IMG/VR virus record: IMGVR_UViG_2547132270_000005
Location: 1-21,218 of that record
Strand: one strand, 5' to 3'
Source of the DNA: a virus
Lineage: Duplodnaviria; Heunggongvirae; Uroviricota; Caudoviricetes
DNA length: 21,218 bases
The notes beneath the pieces are model-generated. The model did not search any database. It worked only from the letters and a program-made list of their open reading frames with translations, and was not told the DNA's origin. Below, piece after piece: positions 15,165 through 21,218 of the stretch. Positions within the stretch are counted from its first letter, which is position 1, and every line of letters begins with the position of its first letter. The position numbers were made by a program, and so were the translations under genes.

Positions 15165-16501
15165 TGGGATTTAATATCGTCACGGTGAATGTGTCCCAGA
15201 CCATCGGGGCTATACCCTCGAATTTGCAGCAGATGTCTGCGGTTCTCTCGTTTGGATCCACGACTCATGAGCCGGGGAAGCCTGTATTACTCACCAGCAA
15301 TCAGGATATTAACGATCTGGTTAAAAATCCGATTGCTGCGTTGTCGGCGGCTGCCGCAGGAAAGTCTGCGGCAAACGTCACCGTTACGATGACGCTTCCG
15401 GAAGGGAGCAACATCCGACGCGAAAACAGTTCTGAGGTGAAAATTGTTGTTTCCGGGTGTTCGCCCGACGCGTGGAATGGCGAATATACTGCTACCGTCA
15501 CGGATGAAAAAACACTGACCTGGACGATTGCTGATTCTCAGCTTTCCGGTTCGCCAGTGACACTGGGGCAGTTTTCCATTGTCGGCAGTGAAAATCTGGT
15601 GACGGCAGTAAACACGTTTTTTGCTCAGGGAAATTCAGTTGGGATTTACCTGCTGGAGCTGGGAGTACAGAAAGGCGGGGTCAGTAAGGAAATCGCTGCA
15701 CTGAAAGCTTATATGGAAGATCCGCTCCTGCGGTTTTATGCGTATCTGGTGCCGCAGCCGTGGGATGGTGACGCAGAATTTATCAGTCTGGCAAAACTCC
15801 ACACCGCCAACGAAGCGATGCAGTATTTCTTCGTGTTGACAAAAACGCCGGACGACACGAATTACGTTTCGCCTTATGCCGGTATTAAGTCGGTTATTGC
15901 AACGGCGGATGATACGTACCCGGCGACAAACGCGGCAGCAGCCGTAATGTGGAACTATGTTTCCGCATCACCTTCAGAAATCAACAAGGTGCCGCCGATG
16001 GCATTTCGCTATCTGCAGGCGGTAAACGCCCACAAGGGCAAAAATTCCATTCTGGCTACGATGACGAAGCAGAATATTAACTACGTCGACACGGGGGCTG
16101 AGGGGGGAATTTCCAACACGATTCTGGTGAAAGGCGTTACCAGTGACGGTAACGATATGACGTACTGGTATTCCGTTGACTGGGTGCAGATTAATGTCGA
16201 TATGCAGCTCGCCAACACGGTGATCAACGGCAGCAATAACCCAATTAACCCGCTTTACTACAACCAGGACGGGATCGACCGTCTACAGCAGGTCGCACAG
16301 GCGGTGTTCAATACGGGCGTATCTTACGGCCTGGTCAACGGTCAGCCTGTCGTCGATGCAGTGCCTTTCCGTCAGTATATCAACACTAATCCGAATGATT
16401 ACGGTATCGGGCGTTATGCAGGCCTTTCGGCCTCCTATACGCCGATGCGTGGATTTGTCGAAATCGTTTTTAACATCAATGTGACAATGCAGCTTTCGTG
16501 A
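15164..16501 (+). CDS. Tail sheath-like protein (445 aa)
   Basis: Large protein immediately upstream of a small tube-like protein, a chaperone pair and the tape measure gene, the standard contractile-tail order. Called from position and size. Confidence 0.55.
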   Translation: MGFNIVTVNVSQTIGAIPSNLQQMSAVLSFGSTTHEPGKPVLLTSNQDINDLVKNPIAALSAAAAGKSAANVTVTMTLPEGSNIRRENSSEVKIVVSGCSPDAWNGEYTATVTDEKTLTWTIADSQLSGSPVTLGQFSIVGSENLVTAVNTFFAQGNSVGIYLLELGVQKGGVSKEIAALKAYMEDPLLRFYAYLVPQPWDGDAEFISLAKLHTANEAMQYFFVLTKTPDDTNYVSPYAGIKSVIATADDTYPATNAAAAVMWNYVSASPSEINKVPPMAFRYLQAVNAHKGKNSILATMTKQNINYVDTGAEGGISNTILVKGVTSDGNDMTYWYSVDWVQINVDMQLANTVINGSNNPINPLYYNQDGIDRLQQVAQAVFNTGVSYGLVNGQPVVDAVPFRQYINTNPNDYGIGRYAGLSASYTPMRGFVEIVFNINVTMQLS

Positions 16502-16512
16502 GGGACTGAACC

Positions 16513-16956
16513 GTGCCTAATCCAATGATCCCCGTTGGCACCCTTAACCGGGTTCGCGCCAGCGTTAAATTCACCTCTCATTCCGAACTGAATGTGTCCG
16601 CCTCATTTCTGGCAAAAGAAGGCGTCGAATTGTCCTTTCAGGGCAATATCACGGAGTTTTTACCCGCTATGACGGGAGCCGTGCAGTCGCCGCAGCCATA
16701 CATGATTTTACAGGCGCGTGTTCATCTTCTGCGTAGCCAGGCGCTGGGAAAACAATTCAAGGCGCAATGGGAAAAGAACGCCACGATCGGCGACGCAAAA
16801 GTGTATAGCGACAGCACGGTGTTCGGTGACTTCGATATCTATAACACGGCGATCACCAACGTGCAGGATATGACCTTCGCCGGGGGCGAGCCGGGAGTGG
16901 CCATCACCATTACCGGTACGTATTACATCAACTCTGAAATGTGGGAGCTGGTATGA
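16513..16956 (+). CDS. Tail tube-like protein (147 aa)
   Basis: GTG start with RBS GAGGGA 7 nt upstream. Size and position between the sheath and chaperone genes. Confidence 0.55.
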   Translation: MPNPMIPVGTLNRVRASVKFTSHSELNVSASFLAKEGVELSFQGNITEFLPAMTGAVQSPQPYMILQARVHLLRSQALGKQFKAQWEKNATIGDAKVYSDSTVFGDFDIYNTAITNVQDMTFAGGEPGVAITITGTYYINSEMWELV

Positions 16957-17570
16957 AAATCTCCCGAAATCTGAATCTGATTATTCCTGTCCGGACAGAA
17001 AAGGGTAACGGCTGGATCCATGCCACGCCGATCAGCAAAGAGGTGTTTAAAGAGCACTTCTTCATCCTGAGTAAAACCTTTTCCGCCATTTTTTCAGAAG
17101 GCCTTGGCGTCGTTGCGGGTCCGCGTATTGCTTTTTTGATGCTGGAGCGGATCTCGCGTGATTCCGGTATCTGGGACGATGATAAGGGAGTTCGTAATAC
17201 GCTGGTGAACGAAATAATTCGCCTGGCAAACCTTGTTTATCCGGTGGAGGGCAAAGGTTACGACACAATCCCTCTTGATATGGCGCTGGAGCGTGAAATC
17301 GTTGAGCTGGATGATGTTGCGGGTGAACTCGTTTTTTTTACATGCGTCTCGTCGATAAATTCACCGGAGCAGGCGAAGGGGACTATGGATGTGGTCAATG
17401 GAATATGGAGCACTCAATGCTCGTCATTGAATCTTACGGAATGGATCGCTTCATTGCCGACATTGAAATCAGCCGCCAGTTCTGGCACGACGGCGAACAC
17501 GTCATCAGCGACATCCTCGACTACTCAGCCGGAGCCGGATTCAGAGACATCTGCGCAGATTCCGGTCTGA
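16953..17570 (+). CDS. Tail assembly chaperone (zero-frame product), with a Ser/Thr-rich low-complexity C-terminus
   Basis: ATG at 16953 overlaps the tube gene stop (ATGA); the track ORF opens at 16941. Directly upstream of the tape measure gene and overlapped by a -1 frame ORF. Confidence 0.55.
   Translation: MKISRNLNLIIPVRTEKGNGWIHATPISKEVFKEHFFILSKTFSAIFSEGLGVVAGPRIAFLMLERISRDSGIWDDDKGVRNTLVNEIIRLANLVYPVEGKGYDTIPLDMALEREIVELDDVAGELVFFTCVSSINSPEQAKGTMDVVNGIWSTQCSSLNLTEWIASLPTLKSAASSGTTANTSSATSSTTQPEPDSETSAQIPV
17333..17339 (+). other. Candidate -1 programmed ribosomal frameshift slippery heptamer (T TTT TTT)
   Basis: Zero-frame codons are GTT TTT TTT ACA. A -1 slip gives TTT TTT TAC ATG..., which runs without a stop to 17635. 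Confidence 0.45.
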
Positions 17571-17635
17571 ATGTAAAAACAGCAGCTCAGTTTCGTGAGC
17601 TGCTCAAATTCAAAAATCCCGCAGGAGTATTGTGA
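17342..17635 (+). CDS. -1 frame extension ORF of the tail assembly chaperone (would yield a fusion of roughly 230 aa)
   Basis: ORF in the -1 frame relative to the chaperone; it overlaps the chaperone 3' region and ends at the tape measure start (GTGA overlap). This mirrors the conserved chaperone-frameshift arrangement upstream of tape measure genes. Confidence 0.45.
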   Translation: MRLVDKFTGAGEGDYGCGQWNMEHSMLVIESYGMDRFIADIEISRQFWHDGEHVISDILDYSAGAGFRDICADSGLNVKTAAQFRELLKFKNPAGVL

Positions 17636-19710
17636 TGGCTGGTAACCAGATGCCAGTTCTGACGCTGGATGTTAATGAAGAACACCTCAGGCGGCTGGAG
17701 GCGATATTTGAAAAGTATCGCAACGGGCTGATGATTGGCCCTGCCGGAACGCCGCTTAAAATACCTTCAAATACAAGTCAGGGAGGTGGCGCCCGGCAGA
17801 CAACCACAGGCGGAGAAGCCAATCAGGCTCCCAGGAAACCGTCTTCACCTGCGCCAGTTCCGGCTGCGTCCAGTGATGGACGTTTAAGGGATGAAAAAGG
17901 GCGCTTTGTTGGCAGCGGGAAAACACCTGATTCGCTGGTGAGCAACTATAAAGGTCGCGGCGAAACGATGTTTGATAAGTACCTCAGCGGGCTGGGGAAA
18001 AACGCCAAACAGACGCTGAAAACTTACAAGCAGATCAATTCTACGCTACGGACGACCACTTCGAGATTAAACAACCTGTTTAAAACCACCGTATCGTGGG
18101 GGACAAAACTTGCGGTTATGGGCGTTGCCGGGCCGTTTGGCTTTGGCATGATGGCCCGTAGTGTTGTAGAAAAACAGAAAAATGCAGATGAGCTTGTGGC
18201 AACGCCGGGAGAATTAAAGGCGGCAGAAAGCACTTATTCGCCTTATTTTTCCGGTGTTGGTAATTTGCTCAATACGCTGGCAGCCGCGCAAAATGATCAA
18301 GAACATCCCGCCCGTGTAGGTCTACTCAATCTGGGGATTAACCCTGATAAAAACGCGACGGAAAACCTTCCGACATTACTGGAAAGAGTCGCTGCTCTTG
18401 CAAAAGAGTATGAAGGAACCGGATTAACCCAGAGCATGTTAAGGGGACGCAGTCTTGGATGGGTAAATTTTGGTATTGCTAACCAGTTAGTCAAATATCA
18501 GGACAAAATACCTGAACTCAATAAAGAGTTTTTATCGCGAGCTTCTCAGAATGACTCGTTGCTCACCTCTGGACATACAAGCCAGTATCAGAATCTTACC
18601 AGCAACTTAGAAAATAACTGGGATCAACTTACCAGCGGATTTCAGGGGGCAATGTCGGGTAACTCTGTACAGCTAATCAGAATATCTAATGGTGTAAAGA
18701 ATGCTGGTCTAAATTTCCTTAACGGTGAGAACTTTAAAAGAATTTTGACTGATGTTGAAACAGGTCTGGATAAACTTGGTAAGTATGTAAATGGCCCGGA
18801 TTTTAATAACGACCTGAATAATTTTGCCGAAAATGTTGCAAAGGTTGTTAAGGCACTTAGCGGGTTTGTTGGTTTTGCTGTTGAACATCCCTGGCTTTTT
18901 GGAGCCGCAGTACTTGCTGGACCATCGAGAGTTGGCGCTGTGGCAGCCACAACGACCGGAGTTGCCGCCCGTGTTGTAGGTGGAAGTTTTCTTGGGGCTA
19001 CAGCCGGAACAGTAGCTGGATTGGCTATTCCTACAAATGACACACCTACCACCAGTGAGGAAATGAAAGGGCTGGATGGGCGTTTCAACTTTGATTATTT
19101 TAACGAAGTGCAGGAGTGGCAAAAAAACAATCCGGGCAAGGTCTGGCCTGGAGGATTGCAGGGGTTTTCAAATCAAGTAGACAGATCTGCATATTTATCC
19201 AGAGGGATCAGGAATAACAATCCCGGAAACCTTAATTTCGCAGGACAAAAAGGGGCGACCTTGGAATCGGGGCCAAATGCTCGTTTTGCCAGCTTCCCGA
19301 CGATGCTCGAAGGCATTGCTGCGTTAGATCGACAGGTCATGCTTTATCTGAAACGGGGCAAAAATACGATTGATCAGATTATTGATATTTATGCCCCTTC
19401 ATCTGATGGAAATAACACATCGTCCTATAAAAGCTATCTCTCTCGGTACACCGGTTTAGGTGTTAAGGAGAAAATCGATGGTTCTAATTTTGATGTTATG
19501 AAAAAACTAATTCAGGGCATTATTAACCATGAAAATGGGGCCGCCGCTCGTGCTGTAAGTGGCGATGATGTGATGCGGGCGCTGGCAATGAACCGGGGGA
19601 ACGTATATTCACCAAATAATGCTTCTCAGGTAATCAGGCTCGAAGTTCAACAAAAACCAGGTTCCGACATACTGGCACAACTCGCCGGAATGCAACAAAT
19701 ACCGGGGTAA
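17635..19710 (+). CDS. Tail tape measure protein (about 691 aa) with a Gly/Ala-rich hydrophobic segment and a distinct C-terminal globular region
   Basis: RBS AGGAG 7 nt before the ATG at 17635 (the track begins at a GTG at 17632). Long, helical and low-complexity, with a glycine-rich hydrophobic stretch (GFVGFAVEHPWLFGAAVLAGP...GATAGTVAGLAIP). Position after the chaperone frameshift pair. Confidence 0.7.
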   Translation: MAGNQMPVLTLDVNEEHLRRLEAIFEKYRNGLMIGPAGTPLKIPSNTSQGGGARQTTTGGEANQAPRKPSSPAPVPAASSDGRLRDEKGRFVGSGKTPDSLVSNYKGRGETMFDKYLSGLGKNAKQTLKTYKQINSTLRTTTSRLNNLFKTTVSWGTKLAVMGVAGPFGFGMMARSVVEKQKNADELVATPGELKAAESTYSPYFSGVGNLLNTLAAAQNDQEHPARVGLLNLGINPDKNATENLPTLLERVAALAKEYEGTGLTQSMLRGRSLGWVNFGIANQLVKYQDKIPELNKEFLSRASQNDSLLTSGHTSQYQNLTSNLENNWDQLTSGFQGAMSGNSVQLIRISNGVKNAGLNFLNGENFKRILTDVETGLDKLGKYVNGPDFNNDLNNFAENVAKVVKALSGFVGFAVEHPWLFGAAVLAGPSRVGAVAATTTGVAARVVGGSFLGATAGTVAGLAIPTNDTPTTSEEMKGLDGRFNFDYFNEVQEWQKNNPGKVWPGGLQGFSNQVDRSAYLSRGIRNNNPGNLNFAGQKGATLESGPNARFASFPTMLEGIAALDRQVMLYLKRGKNTIDQIIDIYAPSSDGNNTSSYKSYLSRYTGLGVKEKIDGSNFDVMKKLIQGIINHENGAAARAVSGDDVMRALAMNRGNVYSPNNASQVIRLEVQQKPGSDILAQLAGMQQIPG

Positions 19711-19713
19711 ACC

Positions 19714-20382
19714 ATGTCACTTAATTACTTTGGACAAGCTTTCAAACTGGCGTTTGAAGTATCGCCCATTCTTTTAGTTGATGGCATAGCGTCGAAAATT
19801 CCCGGAGGGGTGATGCCGATTGCTGTTTTGACCGAAGGCCTAAGCATTGCGAATGGTCTGCTGCATGGCGAGATACGCACACGCTCGATGGCGGCATTTA
19901 CCCCGATGGCGGGGACAACGTTAGTCCAGCAGGATATTTGCAACCTGAATTTCTATAACCAGGTAACGGCAGCGAATGCGACCGTCAGGAAGCCTAACCG
20001 GGTAGTCATGCAGATGATCCGTCCGGCATCAACGGAGGACGGTGGTTACACCACTAAGGGGATGACGTTTACGGCGCTGAAAATGGCGCTTGATATGCAT
20101 AACCAGTATGGCGGTTGCTACACCGTTCTGACTCCCTCGTTTATCTACACGCGCTGTCTGATGCGGTCGTTTATCGATACATCCGGTTTCTCTGAGCAGA
20201 ACAAGCAGGTTCAGCACACCTGGCAGATTGAGTTTGAGCAACCATTATCGTCTGTCGAACAAACGGTAAAGACGCTGGCGAGCGTTCTGGATAAATTTGA
20301 TAAAGGGATGCCGTCAGACGGGCCGTTATCGTGGTCAGGTATCCAGAACCAGGTCGTGCAGGAGTTTGGTATTGGCTTATGA
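19714..20382 (+). CDS. Putative distal tail / baseplate-associated protein (222 aa)
   Basis: Begins 4 nt after the tape measure stop; followed by overlapping small genes. Assigned by position only. Confidence 0.5.
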   Translation: MSLNYFGQAFKLAFEVSPILLVDGIASKIPGGVMPIAVLTEGLSIANGLLHGEIRTRSMAAFTPMAGTTLVQQDICNLNFYNQVTAANATVRKPNRVVMQMIRPASTEDGGYTTKGMTFTALKMALDMHNQYGGCYTVLTPSFIYTRCLMRSFIDTSGFSEQNKQVQHTWQIEFEQPLSSVEQTVKTLASVLDKFDKGMPSDGPLSWSGIQNQVVQEFGIGL

Positions 20383-20645
20383 CAACGTTAATTCCTTTCA
20401 AACCAGACGGGCGAGGTCCGTTTCAGTTCACGGCCAGAATCGGAGAATATGAAACATTTGCTCGCGTTCCGTTTAATCTGTATGCAAATCGTTACTACCT
20501 GGAACTGAAAGACAGTTCAGGCGACGTGATTGTTTACATGCCGCTGATTGCTTCCCCTGATGGTTACGACATCAATCTGGCGCTGCCTTGCTCACCGGGG
20601 AAACTTGTTTTTCGCGAAAGTACGAATCAGTTTGAGGTTTCGTAA
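20379..20645 (+). CDS. Small tail/baseplate protein (about 88 aa)
   Basis: ATG at 20379 overlaps the upstream stop (ATGA); the track ORF opens at 20331. Stop overlaps the next start (TAATG). Confidence 0.45.
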   Translation: MTTLIPFKPDGRGPFQFTARIGEYETFARVPFNLYANRYYLELKDSSGDVIVYMPLIASPDGYDINLALPCSPGKLVFRESTNQFEVS

Positions 20646-21218
20646 TGCGTTATTACCGACTGGAAATTATTAATCCTAAAACAGGAAAGCCGCCAGTGGA
20701 TAGCAATGGAAAACCCATTGGACCTTTTGATACCAGTGAAACACCAGGATGTGGGTTGCATGTTGAATTTGACTTTGAAGTAACCGGCCTGGATGTAGTC
20801 TGTTCGGGCACGATGCTGACGATCTATGGATTACCAATTGACATGCTGAAGCAAAGTGTAAGCTTGCAGGGGTGTCTGGTCCGTATGAAAGCCGGTTTTG
20901 CTCCGGGGTTACCACTGGCAAACAAGGATCAACAAGGTGAGATAATTTATGGTGAAATTTATCTGGCCTACGCCAACTGGATTGGCACAAACCAGACTTT
21001 AAATCTGGTCATTAACCCCACCATACGCAAAACCGATGACGGTAAGCCGTTCTTTATCGAGGGTGAAGGGCGAACAGGGGAAAAGGTGGGTGATGTTATC
21101 TCCCGCGCGTTGCAAAAGGCATTTCCGAATAAATTGATTGATTGTACCGTCAGCGACAGCCTCGTTTTGCCAGAGCCGTGGAATGGAACCTACGAAGACA
21201 TTGGTTCACTGGCGATGG
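20645..21218 (+). CDS. Tail/baseplate protein, 5' partial (191 codons with no stop before the window end)
   Basis: Hand translation from ATG 20645 (MRYYRLEIINPKTGKPP...) runs open to the last base. Absent from the ORF track because no stop codon is present. Confidence 0.5.
   Translation, partial: MRYYRLEIINPKTGKPPVDSNGKPIGPFDTSETPGCGLHVEFDFEVTGLDVVCSGTMLTIYGLPIDMLKQSVSLQGCLVRMKAGFAPGLPLANKDQQGEIIYGEIYLAYANWIGTNQTLNLVINPTIRKTDDGKPFFIEGEGRTGEKVGDVISRALQKAFPNKLIDCTVSDSLVLPEPWNGTYEDIGSLAM

Larger units (their letters stand above)
41..21218 (+). mobile_element. Phage or prophage late region (accessory cassette, lysis, DNA packaging, head and contractile-tail modules); extends beyond the window on at least the 3' side
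   Basis: Co-linear + strand genes in canonical order: holin-like, endolysin, terminase small and large subunits, portal, scaffold, capsid, sheath, tube, chaperone, tape measure. Many stop/start overlaps (ATGA, TAATG) indicate translational coupling. A tRNA 3' end sits at the left edge. Confidence 0.85.

Noticed and set aside
3662-20990. Numerous minus-strand ORFs inside + strand genes (for example 3662..4090, 5740..6374, 8531..8962, 18642..19122, 20676..20990)
   Set aside because: Each is fully embedded antisense in a better-supported + strand gene that belongs to a coupled, co-linear operon; none has an independent RBS or terminator context.
1-21218. Search for CRISPR arrays, integrase, transposase or IS elements
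   Set aside because: No regularly spaced direct repeats and no recombinase-like ORFs were seen anywhere in the window.

Overview
This window reads as the late region of a tailed phage or prophage from an enterobacterial-like host (about 50% GC), with nearly all genes on the + strand. It opens with the 3' end of a glyT-like tRNA-Gly (1-40), followed by about 760 nt of structured non-coding DNA and a two-gene accessory cassette (TerB-like protein plus a small membrane peptide, 807-1381). Next come a lysis cassette (two membrane proteins and a GH108-type endolysin, 1475-2682), a small membrane peptide and lipoprotein pair, a ParB-like nuclease-domain protein with a glycosyltransferase-A-like protein, then terminase small and large subunits, portal, head morphogenesis, scaffold/protease, major capsid, and a contractile-tail module (sheath, tube, chaperone with candidate -1 frameshift, tape measure, distal tail proteins). 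The last gene is truncated by the window end. No integrase, transposase, CRISPR array or rRNA was seen. The candidates most worth follow-up are the TerB-like cassette at the moron position and the ParB-like/GT-A-like pair upstream of terminase. All functional calls come from reading motifs and gene order by eye; no database search was run. Coordinates of coding genes follow the supplied ORF track; start codons were adjusted where a ribosome-binding site or stop/start overlap suggested a better start.
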